IMG/VR virus record: IMGVR_UViG_3300045739_000092
Location: 1-60,525 of that record
Strand: one strand, 5' to 3'
Source of the DNA: a virus
Lineage: Duplodnaviria > Caudoviricetes
Length of the DNA: 60,525 nucleotides
Part shown: positions 27,776 to 37,380 of the stretch, piece by piece
How the letters are laid out: each line of letters begins with the position of its first letter
How positions within the stretch are numbered: the stretch's first letter is position 1
The notes under the pieces: model-generated
What the model saw: the letters and a program-made list of their open reading frames with translations, nothing else
Told to the model about the DNA's origin: nothing
The model's database searches: none
Made by a program: the position numbers and the translations under genes

Positions 27776-28740
27776 CAGTCCTTCTCCTTTGCCGTGACTC
27801 GGAGAACATCGAATGGTTCTCCTGTGGTGATGAATCGACCGAAGACTTCATCCCCGAGTTCGGCCCTGGCCCTGGCCTTGTCGAAGCGTTCAGCACCCTT
27901 CTGTTTGTGGACACTGAACTTGTACTCGTCGGTCTCTGACTTGATAGGTTCCCCTTCATGGGCCTCTCCGCCGGCCTTGATGATGCTGGCTATCCGGTTC
28001 CGGAGTTCGTTCTTCTTCTCTTCCATGTCTGCGAGGACCGACTTCACCGTCAGGTACTCAGCAGCCAAGGAATCGAGTTGGATGGCGGTGATCCCAGAGG
28101 GAGGAAGCAAGTCGCTGTCGGGCGCCTCGTCGTGGAGGAACCAGTACTGGCAGGGGAACCGCTCTGGATCGCACTCTGGCATGTCACCCAAGCCGAAAGC
28201 CTTGAAGACCTTCATGGCCTTGGCCTTGATCTCGCGTAGGGGGATGGGGGGTTTCTGGATAACGAACGTATCTAGGAAGCCATCGTCTCTTCGCTTCACG
28301 GCGTAGAGCGCATCTCGGGCGCCGCTCCCATACATGTAGGCAGAGATCTGCCAGGCGTACTCGGGTCTAGCAGCGAACTTCCCATCCATCCATTTGTCGA
28401 ACGCTGCTCGGGACATGGACTTAGCCTCGAAGATCCTGTTCGGGATGCCCTTGACTCGTCCGTCAAGATGGCCCACGATGACTAGCTTCTGTGGAATCAC
28501 CCAAAGCTCGACCTCCTCCTGATCGTCAACGATCTCGATACCGTCAAGGGCCAGCGATTCCTTGATGGCAGCTTCGTGGAGGTCTCCCTCAGCGAATATC
28601 CGCTTCGTGTTCTCGGAATGGGGTTCGGGATCAACCCCGGATAGGGATGCCCACAGGGCTCGAGAGCAGTACCCGAGGGACGATCCACGAATAACCGTGA
28701 CTCCATCGGGACGAACGTATGCCATGCCGGCGTCACTCAT
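27775..28740 (-). CDS. PD-(D/E)xK Cas4/RecB-like exonuclease
   Basis: SSLGYCSR, G.LHE, GHLDG, FEAKS, QISAYM, C-terminal Cys. Confidence 0.85.
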   Translation of the reverse strand: MSDAGMAYVRPDGVTVIRGSSLGYCSRALWASLSGVDPEPHSENTKRIFAEGDLHEAAIKESLALDGIEIVDDQEEVELWVIPQKLVIVGHLDGRVKGIPNRIFEAKSMSRAAFDKWMDGKFAARPEYAWQISAYMYGSGARDALYAVKRRDDGFLDTFVIQKPPIPLREIKAKAMKVFKAFGLGDMPECDPERFPCQYWFLHDEAPDSDLLPPSGITAIQLDSLAAEYLTVKSVLADMEEKKNELRNRIASIIKAGGEAHEGEPIKSETDEYKFSVHKQKGAERFDKARARAELGDEVFGRFITTGEPFDVLRVTAKEKD

Positions 28741-28759
28741 GATGACCTTCCTCCGGGGA

Positions 28760-28792
28760 GGGAGCGGGGTAAGGGGAAAGAACCCCGCTCCC
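28760..28792 (-). terminator. GC-rich hairpin downstream of SSB-like gene
   Basis: GGGAGCGGGGT / ACCCCGCTCCC. Confidence 0.5.
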
Positions 28793-28803
28793 CCTCACCG
28801 GAT

Positions 28804-29514
28804 CTATTCCTCGATCTCAGACCAGATGCCGTCGTCCTCATCGAGAACATCGGCATGGAGCTCTTCGTTCGAGGGATCTTCGATCTCCGGGTACTTCTCG
28901 TAAACGGCAGTCACGAAATCATCGTGATCGTCGCCGGCTTCGCTGACCTTGTTCGCCAGCTTGACGAGCTTGCTGCGGAGACCCTTCCCCTTCGAGGAGC
29001 CGGATCTACCGGCTTCAGCTTTTGGGGACTTCTTCTTCTTCTTCGAGTCGCCGTTCCCCTCCACATACGAGGTCGGGAGGAGGACCTCGAAGTCCCCGAG
29101 TCCCTTGCGCTCGATGAGGACACGCTCCATGTGGAAGGTGAGCCCCTCCCAGATCTCGGCGTTGTCGGGAGTTCCCCGCTCCATCAAGACGTCGTTGGCC
29201 TCTGTGTCCAGAGCAGCCTTGATGAAGGCCATGTAGTTGGTCGAAGAGCGGAACCCGCTCAGACCATCATCGCTCACCGCCGTCTTGCCGCGGTCCTCCG
29301 TATCCCACCCGGAGCCAACCGAGTAGAACTGCCGAACGAAGTTGCCCTCTGCCTCTGAGTCGGGGGAGGTTCCCTCGAGGATCATGAGGAGGACTTCACC
29401 GTTCTGGTAGCCATCGTCGTAGCCGAACCGGGCCTTCTCGATCGTGAAGTCGAAGTCATCGAGCAGGCCGGTCGACACGACCGGATCCCACCCGACTCCT
29501 GTGTTCTTCGCCAA
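28804..29514 (-). CDS. Putative ssDNA-binding protein
   Basis: Beta-rich core, acidic C-terminus, position in recombination module. Confidence 0.5.
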   Translation of the reverse strand: MAKNTGVGWDPVVSTGLLDDFDFTIEKARFGYDDGYQNGEVLLMILEGTSPDSEAEGNFVRQFYSVGSGWDTEDRGKTAVSDDGLSGFRSSTNYMAFIKAALDTEANDVLMERGTPDNAEIWEGLTFHMERVLIERKGLGDFEVLLPTSYVEGNGDSKKKKKSPKAEAGRSGSSKGKGLRSKLVKLANKVSEAGDDHDDFVTAVYEKYPEIEDPSNEELHADVLDEDDGIWSEIEE

Positions 29515-29608
29515 TGTGTTTCCTTTCGTCAGAGACCCTGCGCTGTCCTTCTTCTACCTCTGGGCCACCCAGCAGAGTCTCGAGAGTGGCCGACCCATGA
29601 GGAGAGTG

Positions 29609-31753
29609 TCATGATGCCCCTAGTGCTTTGTCCCCCTTTCGCTTGCCGCGAAGCACTAGTGCCTTCTTCCACCATTCGGGAAGCATGGCCTTGCGCTTTC
29701 GGTAGATCTTCTCCATGAACTGCGAATCCAATATGTAGATCTCGCAGTAGTCGTCGGCGGTACGCATGGCCCGCCCTGACATCTGTACCAAGGTGCGAAT
29801 CGTCTGCATGTCGTACCACGCCTGGCCCTGACTCCGAGGCTTCGAGTAGAGACGAGCAGAGATCTGTTTGTCTCCGAGGTTCGGGAAAGGAATCTTGACG
29901 ATGACGACGACTCGGCAGGCGTCTCCGGCCAGGTCGATACCACGGTCGAAGCTAGGAGCCAACATCACTCCATTGGCTGACTCGAGGAACCTGTTCAGGG
30001 CACCCTCTCTCTCCCGGGCGTTCTTGTAGGTGAAGAGGCGACCCGAGTGGCCGGTCCTAGAGAGATAGTCGTAGGTGTGGGCGGTGAGCTCGTATGAGAC
30101 TGTGTGTATGAGGACACGTTCGTCTGGGTAGTCGTCCAACAGGTCGTTGATGCTGCTCATCATCGGCGGGTAGGACGTGGCCTTGTTCTTGTGGCTCATG
30201 GGGGCGATGTTCTCGATGTAGATAGGCCGGCGACGTGGGTCGAAGTTGGAGTCGATAGAGACTACTGCCCACTCATGATCCTCCAGGCCAAGGTTCTGCG
30301 CTTCGATCTCTGGGCTGATAATGGTGGCCGACATCAAGAGCCATCTCTTCGCCTTCTCCCACAGCAACTTCCGGGCGTAGCCGTCCACTCTGATCGGCTT
30401 GAAGTGGACTCCCCTATCTCCCGTGTAGACCCAACCCTCCTCCAGTTCGATGTAGTCGTACCCATCGTCATCGGTCTTGACTCGGCTGAGATCGGTGAAG
30501 CGTTGGTGGAGATTCGCCCACTTGCTGTGCTCTCGACGTTCGTTGTGGTCTTTGCTGTTGGGACTGAGGAGGTTGCGCTTATGGGCGATGGCCGGGAGGG
30601 CGTCTTGGGAAGCCCATTCCACCCATGAGGAGGGGATCGTCTTGCGCCTCGGTGGGCCGATACCGAGTTGTTTCAGCATCCTGTCGGAAAGGACTACTTC
30701 CACGTAGCGCATGATCTCCTGTTCCAGCATGTCGGCCTCGTCAACGATGACCAGCGGCATCCCGGTGAAGATGGCGTTGTACGCGTTGGATTCGTAGAGG
30801 AGATAGGAAGTGTTCGCTACCGCCAACTGAGCCGTGGCGGCTTCGGTCTTAGCGACTTGGTAGGGGCAGGCAGCGAAGGGATGGCATTGGGAGCAGTGGC
30901 GAACCTCTTTGTCGAAGAGAGCCTCATTGGGGGGGCAGGAAGAGCACGCCGGGTACCTCGACAGAGCAGCGTCGCATGTCTCCGCCGTGATGGTCGGGAA
31001 GTCATCTGGGCGATCAAAGGTGGGGTAGTTCGAGCGTCCCTTGATGACCCTGGCATAGGGGAAGTCCCGTAGGACCTGATCCTGGAGTGTCTTCGTAGTG
31101 CAGGTGTAGACACACCAATCACGCTCTGTCGTCCGATACCGTTCCTGTAGTACCCGCCGAACACTGTCGGCTATCAGGGTCTTGCCCGCACCGGTGTTGG
31201 CATCCAGGAAGACCGCCCGCTTCCCGTTGGAGAAGTGCTGAACGACTTCCTGGATGCCCTCCCATTGATGGGGGAAGAAAGACTTCACCCAGGGCGGGAA
31301 CACCGGCTGCCCCGGATAAAGAAGGACCTCCGGGGCGGGAACGTCGACGTCCAGATCGACAGCGGTATCAGCGGGAGCGGGCAGATCTGCCCCCGGTGCT
31401 GCCTCTCTACTCTCCTCGACGCCGACGTTCCCTTCATCCTCACTGTCAGGGTGGTCGATGAGGGCTATACGCCCTTTCCTGGCGAGGATGACATAGAGAA
31501 TGTGTGAACAGATCTGGCGATACTCCCCGCCGTGGTGGTTCTGGCAGGAACAGCGGTAATGGTTGGAGTCCATCGGCATGGTGACGTAGTACTTGGGGTA
31601 CTTGTCGGAGAGACCTGAGTCTCCCAGCACCACCCAGGAGGATCCCTCTTTGGTCTCGTACCCGGTTCTCTTCTTGGCACGATCGACCAGTGTCTTGCGG
31701 AACTTCGCCTCGATGGGACGATGTTCTACTGCTTCCCACCCAACCTTGCTCAT
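29609..31753 (-). CDS. DinG/XPD-like SF2 helicase with N-terminal SWIM zinc finger
   Basis: CSC-x9-CSH; TGAGKT; KGRSNY; DEAD; GIDL; QMSGRAMR. Confidence 0.9.
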   Translation of the reverse strand: MSKVGWEAVEHRPIEAKFRKTLVDRAKKRTGYETKEGSSWVVLGDSGLSDKYPKYYVTMPMDSNHYRCSCQNHHGGEYRQICSHILYVILARKGRIALIDHPDSEDEGNVGVEESREAAPGADLPAPADTAVDLDVDVPAPEVLLYPGQPVFPPWVKSFFPHQWEGIQEVVQHFSNGKRAVFLDANTGAGKTLIADSVRRVLQERYRTTERDWCVYTCTTKTLQDQVLRDFPYARVIKGRSNYPTFDRPDDFPTITAETCDAALSRYPACSSCPPNEALFDKEVRHCSQCHPFAACPYQVAKTEAATAQLAVANTSYLLYESNAYNAIFTGMPLVIVDEADMLEQEIMRYVEVVLSDRMLKQLGIGPPRRKTIPSSWVEWASQDALPAIAHKRNLLSPNSKDHNERREHSKWANLHQRFTDLSRVKTDDDGYDYIELEEGWVYTGDRGVHFKPIRVDGYARKLLWEKAKRWLLMSATIISPEIEAQNLGLEDHEWAVVSIDSNFDPRRRPIYIENIAPMSHKNKATSYPPMMSSINDLLDDYPDERVLIHTVSYELTAHTYDYLSRTGHSGRLFTYKNAREREGALNRFLESANGVMLAPSFDRGIDLAGDACRVVVIVKIPFPNLGDKQISARLYSKPRSQGQAWYDMQTIRTLVQMSGRAMRTADDYCEIYILDSQFMEKIYRKRKAMLPEWWKKALVLRGKRKGDKALGAS

Positions 31754-32007
31754 GAGCGTAGGTTGCGGAGGTTGGCGATGATGTTGCCGAGCTCGGAGAC
31801 GGCGTGCTGGACACCATGGAGTTCGTTGCGGGTGTTGCGGAGAAGTCGAACCCGTTCGTTGGATACCGCGGCCACATTGGCAGCACCTTCGTCTGCCTCG
31901 CCCAACTGGAAGCGGAGGATCCTGAGTTCCTCACGGAGCTCCGTGTTCTCATCGTGGAGACGAGCGATCGTCTCGATGAGCTCAGTTACGTCCTTGTGTT
32001 CCACCAC
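31750..32007 (-). CDS. Coiled-coil protein
   Basis: Heptad pattern; AAGGGG RBS. Confidence 0.6.
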   Translation of the reverse strand: MVEHKDVTELIETIARLHDENTELREELRILRFQLGEADEGAANVAAVSNERVRLLRNTRNELHGVQHAVSELGNIIANLRNLRS

Positions 32008-32106
32008 ATTCCCCTTGTTCCTAGTGAGGGACTTGGATTATGCCACAGACTGGCCGCTACCACAAGTCATTATTGACTACAGTTCGGGACTACCCTCACA
32101 GCAGGG

Positions 32107-32613
32107 CTAGAACCCGCCGATGGTCTTGATCTTGCCCTCGAGGAGAGCGATGTAGCGGCTGCGATGTTCGATGGGGACGACGTGGGCCTTGTTGAGCATG
32201 TCCTCGCAGTACTCCCGGAGGCGTTCGTGCTCGCCGGCCGTCTGGTAGTGGGTGCAGTTGGTCTCGATGATCTGCAGCATCTCCCGGAACTGTTCCCGCT
32301 GGTCAGAGATCCTCTTGTTGTCGTGGTAGAGGACCGTCAGGTTGAGGACTCGCTGGAGTTCGCCTGACCTGATCTTCGATTGAAGAGTGTGGAGCCGGTG
32401 GACTATGGCGTCTCGTACCAGATCGGATGCTGTCTGGTAGTCAGGGATGATGTTCGACTCGATGATCTTGCTGATCTCGGCTCGAACCTCTGTTGGTACC
32501 TGAGTCCGTATCTCCTTGCCGTGCCCCTGGCGATCGGAGGCCGACGTGTAGAACTGATTGGGGTCGTATGTCCCTTTGCCACCAACGGGATCCCACCCGA
32601 CCTTGCTCGTCAT
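32107..32613 (-). CDS. Ribbon-helix-helix (CopG-like) regulator with helical C-terminus
   Basis: IRTQVP...ISKII....YQTASDLVRDAI. Confidence 0.65.
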   Translation of the reverse strand: MTSKVGWDPVGGKGTYDPNQFYTSASDRQGHGKEIRTQVPTEVRAEISKIIESNIIPDYQTASDLVRDAIVHRLHTLQSKIRSGELQRVLNLTVLYHDNKRISDQREQFREMLQIIETNCTHYQTAGEHERLREYCEDMLNKAHVVPIEHRSRYIALLEGKIKTIGGF

Positions 32614-32743
32614 GTCCCACTCCTTCCTTCTCAGTGAGGGCTCGGAGGATAGGGCATCGACCGGCCTCGATGGTGCATTGCCCCCAAGGTCGGGAAATCA
32701 AGTCTTATCCTCCTTTGGTCACCCTAGGTAGGAGGGTCAGCCA

Positions 32744-33058
32744 TTGCCGGTATCAGACCTCGTACCCGAGCGGCCACGCATAGGTCGCCTATGCGCTACC
32801 GCCGTGGTACTTGACCAACTCTCCGGACTCTTCGATACCGACCAAGAAGGAAATCCAACTCAGCCCTTGGCTGGAGTAGTGGATGGTCTTCTCCGTGAAC
32901 AGAACGTGAGCGGGGAATGGGTCATATCGTTACCCCAAGCCCGGAGATTCATACTCAACGTCTTCGAGGAGTACGAGATGGAGCTCGAAGGGGTACTCCC
33001 TACTCCGAGCACCATCGGACGGCACCGACGAGGCGAGTGCCAGTGTGAGCCGCGCTAG
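32744..33058 (+). CDS. Hypothetical protein, C-terminal STIGRHRRGECQC (start uncertain)
   Basis: Overlaps exonuclease start; HTH-like end. Confidence 0.5.
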   Translation: MPVSDLVPERPRIGRLCATAVVLDQLSGLFDTDQEGNPTQPLAGVVDGLLREQNVSGEWVISLPQARRFILNVFEEYEMELEGVLPTPSTIGRHRRGECQCEPR

Positions 33059-33929
33059 CAAGCTCGCTGAGCAGTTTCGGAAACGTAAGGGACCCGTTCG
33101 GAAACTGTCGACGGCGAACGTCCCCGACCTTGTCCTCCCACCAGAGGACGGGCCACGGATCCTCTTCTACGACATCGAGACGGCGCCGGCTCTGGCGTGG
33201 GTGTGGGATGCCTACGACACCAACATCATCGACGTAGAGAAGGAGTGGTACCTTCTCTGCGTCGCCTTCAGGTGGCTAGGAGAAGAAGAGACTCACTTCA
33301 TCTCCATCTTCCAGTCCCCCACCTTCCGACCCGACAAGGTCGATGACATGTACGTAGCACGTCGCCTAGCGGTGCTCTTCGACCAGGCTGACGTCGTGAT
33401 CGCCCACAACGGGGATCGTTTCGACAAGCGGAAGGCCAACGCCCGCTTCCTAGCTAACGGACTCGACCCCCCATCTCCCTATGAGTCCGTGGATACCAAG
33501 AAGCTCGCCAAGCGTGAGTTCGCTCACCTCAAGAACAACCTCGACTACCTCTCTCATCTACACGGTATGGGGAACAAGCTCCCGACCCAGGGCTTCCATC
33601 TCTGGCGAGGCTGCATGACCGGAGACCCCGAGGCGTGGCGGATCATGGAGGAGTACAACAGGCGTGACGTCGAGCTCCTCGAAGAGATCTACTACAAGCT
33701 GGCTCCTTGGGTGGCCCCCGGGAGCTCGTTGCTCCCCAACGTGGGACACTGGGGTCCCAAGGGACAACCCATCTGCCCCATCTGCGGTTCAGACGAGATG
33801 AATCCACGGGGGATGAAGCGAACCAAGGTGTCAGAGTTCCAGGCTTGGCAGTGCCAGAACTGTCGCGGATACGCTCGCTCGAGGGAGAGGAAGTCCCAGT
33901 GGGGGAACCAGGGAGTGAAGATCAGGTAG
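33045..33929 (+). CDS. DEDD/RNase H-like 3'-5' exonuclease with C-terminal zinc ribbon
   Basis: YDIET, AHNGDRFD, YNRRDV; CPIC...CQNC. Confidence 0.9.
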   Translation: MSRASKLAEQFRKRKGPVRKLSTANVPDLVLPPEDGPRILFYDIETAPALAWVWDAYDTNIIDVEKEWYLLCVAFRWLGEEETHFISIFQSPTFRPDKVDDMYVARRLAVLFDQADVVIAHNGDRFDKRKANARFLANGLDPPSPYESVDTKKLAKREFAHLKNNLDYLSHLHGMGNKLPTQGFHLWRGCMTGDPEAWRIMEEYNRRDVELLEEIYYKLAPWVAPGSSLLPNVGHWGPKGQPICPICGSDEMNPRGMKRTKVSEFQAWQCQNCRGYARSRERKSQWGNQGVKIR

Positions 33930-34051
33930 GGGCGACCACCCCACCCGCGACCACTGGGAGCCCGTAGGAGGAGGAACTTCTCGGGCTGTCTCCCGCAAGG
34001 GGATGGGTCCTACCAGACCCCGGGAGCAGGTCGGCGAGTGGGGTGGTGCCT

Positions 34052-34294
34052 CTACCCACTAGACCGTTCGGAGGGAGAATCCTTACGGTCGAGCAGCTCG
34101 GAGAGAAGCGCGGGTACTGGCCGGCGTGTGTCTCGGGGATCCCAGGAAGGCACCCCGGAGAGCTCGTCAAAGGTGATGGAGTCTGGTCGGAGACCCCTGA
34201 TGGGGGTGGTGATGACTCGTCGGCGCGTTCTCCGCCAGAGGTAGAGACCCATTCCAGAAACTAGCAGAATCAGGAGAATCTTGGTAGTTATCAT
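34052..34294 (-). CDS. Small membrane-anchored protein
   Basis: N-terminal TM followed by Arg cluster. Confidence 0.45.
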   Translation of the reverse strand: MITTKILLILLVSGMGLYLWRRTRRRVITTPIRGLRPDSITFDELSGVPSWDPRDTRRPVPALLSELLDRKDSPSERSSG

Positions 34295-34471
34295 GCTATA
34301 TACTACCTACCTACCTGCCTTGTTATCTTGATATGCCGGATACCCGGATGCCCTGTCTACACCACGCCGGATATCCATGATACTATGATAGCAAGGAGGA
34401 CTCCCCTAGCGGCTCCGGGGGGTGCCTTGAGGCTAGCAACGGATGGCCGCGTTTCCAAATCAGGAGGCAAG

Positions 34472-34756
34472 ATGGATGATGAGACCGTTGGCGCGGTTCC
34501 CGTGCCGCGCCGGCAACTGAGCTTCGATGACTTCCAGCGGTGGCTTGCCGACCAGGGCATCCGTACCGACATGATCGTGCAGATAGAGATCGTCGCCGAG
34601 TTCCCGGGCAATGACGGCAACGGAATGATGGCCCTCAAGGTGGTCCGCCATGCCGACTCCTTCATGCACTTGGGTACTCCCCTCATAACTCATCTCGGCC
34701 CGCAGACGGTCACGGAGATCCACCCCATCTTCGACAACATCGGACTCGGTTCCTGA
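34472..34756 (+). CDS. Hypothetical protein
   Basis: AGGAGG RBS before ATG 34472. Confidence 0.6.
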   Translation: MDDETVGAVPVPRRQLSFDDFQRWLADQGIRTDMIVQIEIVAEFPGNDGNGMMALKVVRHADSFMHLGTPLITHLGPQTVTEIHPIFDNIGLGS

Positions 34757-34950
34757 TGGACTATGAGGGGATGCAATCTCGAGCCCAAGGTCCCAAGAAG
34801 CTCTACGGAGACAGGGTGCAGATGCCCATTCGGATCTCCAAGGGTTTGAGAAACGCACTTCGGAGGAAGGCCGGCCACCGCAACGTGAACCGAGTGGTTA
34901 CGGAGTTGGTGAAGGGTTACGTGGTGGGGAAGTACGAGGTTGAGGACTAG
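34756..34950 (+). CDS. Arc/MetJ-like ribbon-helix-helix protein
   Basis: VQMPIRISKGLRNALRRKAG..NVNRVVTELV. Confidence 0.7.
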   Translation: MDYEGMQSRAQGPKKLYGDRVQMPIRISKGLRNALRRKAGHRNVNRVVTELVKGYVVGKYEVED

Positions 34951-34965
34951 CTCCCCCATTAGGGA

Positions 34966-35244
34966 TTAGGCATTCTGCCCGCGTCTGTTGATCTCGGCGC
35001 GTCTGGCGGTGTAGTAATCCTCCAGGAGTTCGGGTCTGTTTAGAGCGACCCAGGTGACGACGGAGCCCCAACGCCACTTCAGGCGAATGCCGTATCGACG
35101 TCGACCCGTCTTGCCCCCCTTGGGGTGGTCGTAAGGAGGGAATCCCATCGTGGCGGACGTTGCCCATCTCTTGACAGTGGACTCGGTGACGCCGAGCCGC
35201 TGGGCGATCTCGTTGTAGCCGAGTAGAACTTCTGATTCTGACAT
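34966..35244 (-). CDS. AlpA/excisionase-like HTH protein
   Basis: LLGYNEIAQRLGVTESTVKRW...FP...W. Confidence 0.8.
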   Translation of the reverse strand: MSESEVLLGYNEIAQRLGVTESTVKRWATSATMGFPPYDHPKGGKTGRRRYGIRLKWRWGSVVTWVALNRPELLEDYYTARRAEINRRGQNA

Positions 35245-35341
35245 TCTCGTTCTCCCTCTCTATACTGCTCGACTGTCAAGTGGGTTTCCCACCCATCCAC
35301 TTGCAAGACCTACGCACGGCGATGGCGTAGACAGTGAGGAC

Positions 35342-35382
35342 GTAGGGGGGGTTGGGTCTCATCCATGCCCAACCCCCCCTAC
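35342..35382. terminator. 15 bp perfect hairpin
   Basis: GTAGGGGGGGTTGGG / CCCAACCCCCCCTAC just after a - strand stop. Confidence 0.65.
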
Positions 35383-35385
35383 TTG

Positions 35386-35502
35386 TCAGAAGTGGAACTC
35401 CTCGACGGTAGCCGAGAAGATCTCGTACCCTCGCAAGATGAACGACAGGACGATGAGGGTGATGATGACCGCGATGAAGTAGCTCCAGAAGTTTCTACTC
35501 AT
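35386..35502 (-). CDS. 38 aa membrane micro-protein
   Basis: ATGA overlap; MSRNFWSYFIAVIITLIVLSFILRGYEIFSATVEEFHF. Confidence 0.5.
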   Translation of the reverse strand: MSRNFWSYFIAVIITLIVLSFILRGYEIFSATVEEFHF

Positions 35503-35732
35503 CGAAGAAGCTCCGGCCTGTTGTCCCGCACCCACTTGGCGACTCGACCCCAACGCCAGTACTTCTTCTGGCCGCGTCCGAAGTTGCGGCGGTCGGCATT
35601 GCGCGGTCTGTCGGGGTTGGGGAAACCATGACGGTCAGAGTTGTACCAACGGACCACGGTACGGGGATGCACCCTTAGCCGGCGTGCTATCTCTAGTCGG
35701 TCGATGAGCTCGAAGTCGCTTTGTGGTTTCAT
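35499..35732 (-). CDS. AlpA-like HTH protein, paralogue of 34966-35244
   Basis: EIARRLRVHPRTVVRW; shared WRWG.V..WV..NRPELL. Confidence 0.8.
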   Translation of the reverse strand: MKPQSDFELIDRLEIARRLRVHPRTVVRWYNSDRHGFPNPDRPRNADRRNFGRGQKKYWRWGRVAKWVRDNRPELLR

Positions 35733-35741
35733 TGGTTCCTT

Positions 35742-35978
35742 TCATGCTTTCCGCACTCTCAACACTTCAGCATCGACCACTTCACTGAGATCTAGCTCCC
35801 CCTTCTCGATTTCGGCGATGAGGTCCTCTGCGACGTCACGTTGGGAGTACGAATCATCGAGCCCTTCGACCAGGACACGACAGGTGAGCGATACGTCCAG
35901 CTCATAGACACCTTCGGTGCCCTCCCACTTTCGGATGGTGCTGAGCCCTTCGGTGATGAGGCCGATCCGGTCGGTCAT
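35742..35978 (-). CDS. Acidic hypothetical protein
   Basis: ATGA overlap. Confidence 0.55.
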   Translation of the reverse strand: MTDRIGLITEGLSTIRKWEGTEGVYELDVSLTCRVLVEGLDDSYSQRDVAEDLIAEIEKGELDLSEVVDAEVLRVRKA

Positions 35979-36649
35979 TGCCGCACCGACATGAGAACGC
36001 CGTAGTAGTCCGCTTCGCCGTACTTGCGTCGGTTGACCACCATCGGCTTGCCGGCTTCCTGTAGCCGAACCGCGAATGGAACCGAGTACTCCACGGCGGA
36101 CAACCCAGCAGCGTCGATGAGCTTCTTGAGGTAGGCGCCGTTGAAGTGCTGGGCGTCTTCGTCGTTGGCGATGAACTTCCGGTAGTCGGGGAAAGTTGCG
36201 TCGATCGAACGGAGGGAGACAGTCTGTACCTCCGTGTTGGGGTCGATAAACCCACTCACCTTGACGAGCCGAGGGTCGGAAACGTCGATCACCACCATGC
36301 CCATATCGTTAGTCCACTCCTCGGCGAACCGCTTCTCCATCGCAACCAACGCTTGGGCGAGCTGCTTCGCTGGGACCAGAACGGATCCAGCGACGATCTT
36401 CCCAACCAGGGTGATTGGGGCTTGCTGTGTCCCCTTACTCGTCATCTTCTCCAGGTCTGGGTAGTGGGGAGCATCATCGACCTTGCGACAGGAGAGGAAG
36501 TAGGAGTTGGTCGTAACGATCGAAACCTCTCCCTCAGTGTTCCACTCGATGCTCATACCGGTGAGGACCGGCCTGGCCTTGTCGGTGCCAGAGCTCTTGA
36601 CCAACGCGGCCACTTGCTTTGCCGTTGTGCGGTTCAGTACCACTTGCAT
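35975..36649 (-). CDS. Short DNA polymerase beta-clamp-like protein
   Basis: DKARPVLTG, TNSYFL, FPDYRKFI, FNGAYL, VLMSVR resemble DnaN. Confidence 0.7.
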   Translation of the reverse strand: MQVVLNRTTAKQVAALVKSSGTDKARPVLTGMSIEWNTEGEVSIVTTNSYFLSCRKVDDAPHYPDLEKMTSKGTQQAPITLVGKIVAGSVLVPAKQLAQALVAMEKRFAEEWTNDMGMVVIDVSDPRLVKVSGFIDPNTEVQTVSLRSIDATFPDYRKFIANDEDAQHFNGAYLKKLIDAAGLSAVEYSVPFAVRLQEAGKPMVVNRRKYGEADYYGVLMSVRQ

Positions 36650-36688
36650 AGTTGTTTCCCCTTTCAGGATTGCCATTCTTTGCCGGAC

Positions 36689-36949
36689 TTATACTAGGTT
36701 ATCACCATCCTCGCGTGCGACTTCCAGGATCCTTGCCACCACTGCCGAGAACTGCCGCCAGAAGTAGTCCTCTGAGAGAACCTTGATAGCCGCGTTGGTG
36801 AGCTCGGCGTCGGTGAGGTCGGTGACGATGGTGCCGGCCGTCACCGATAGGTGCTGACGGACAGCTTCGGGCGTGTAGTGGACGGTGAGTAGGCCGCGGT
36901 CTCTTTGGATCTTGGCTACCCGCGACGCGACTTCCTCTGGGTACTCCAC
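36689..36949 (-). CDS. Hypothetical protein
   Basis: Operon packing. Confidence 0.55.
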   Translation of the reverse strand: MEYPEEVASRVAKIQRDRGLLTVHYTPEAVRQHLSVTAGTIVTDLTDAELTNAAIKVLSEDYFWRQFSAVVARILEVAREDGDNLV

Positions 36950-37203
36950 TAGAAGATCACCACCCTCTCGATTTCGTGCCAGGGGAAGAACCGTGAAGTT
37001 CCATCCTCTAGCTCAATTTCCAGACCGTAGGCACCGTCGCCTGAGTAGGTTGAGCTGCACGTCCCCTCTACTCCATTGACCTCGATGGTGTACCCAACCG
37101 TGAGGTGCCCGAATACGCCGTACCACGTATCGTCGTCGGTGCCTTCACCGAAGATCACGTTGACTCCCCGAGTTTCCTCCTTCAACCTTCCTCCTTCAAC
37201 CAC
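36949..37203 (-). CDS. Hypothetical protein
   Basis: Operon packing; start uncertain. Confidence 0.5.
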   Translation of the reverse strand: MVEGGRLKEETRGVNVIFGEGTDDDTWYGVFGHLTVGYTIEVNGVEGTCSSTYSGDGAYGLEIELEDGTSRFFPWHEIERVVIF

Positions 37204-37367
37204 ATTCGCTCGATCCAGACCTCATCCGTCGACGGATCGAACCATTCCTCCGGCAATCCCTCCGCCATCCCGGCGACCACGCCGGCGAAGTTCGGCTTAG
37301 GGCTGTCTTCCCACCACCGCACTTCGACTAGAACCGCGATGATCGCTCTTTTGTACTCACCCTCCAT
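37182..37367 (-). CDS. Hypothetical protein
   Basis: AAGGAAAG RBS. Confidence 0.5.
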   Translation of the reverse strand: MEGEYKRAIIAVLVEVRWWEDSPKPNFAGVVAGMAEGLPEEWFDPSTDEVWIERMWLKEEG

Positions 37368-37380
37368 GCCTACTTTCCTT

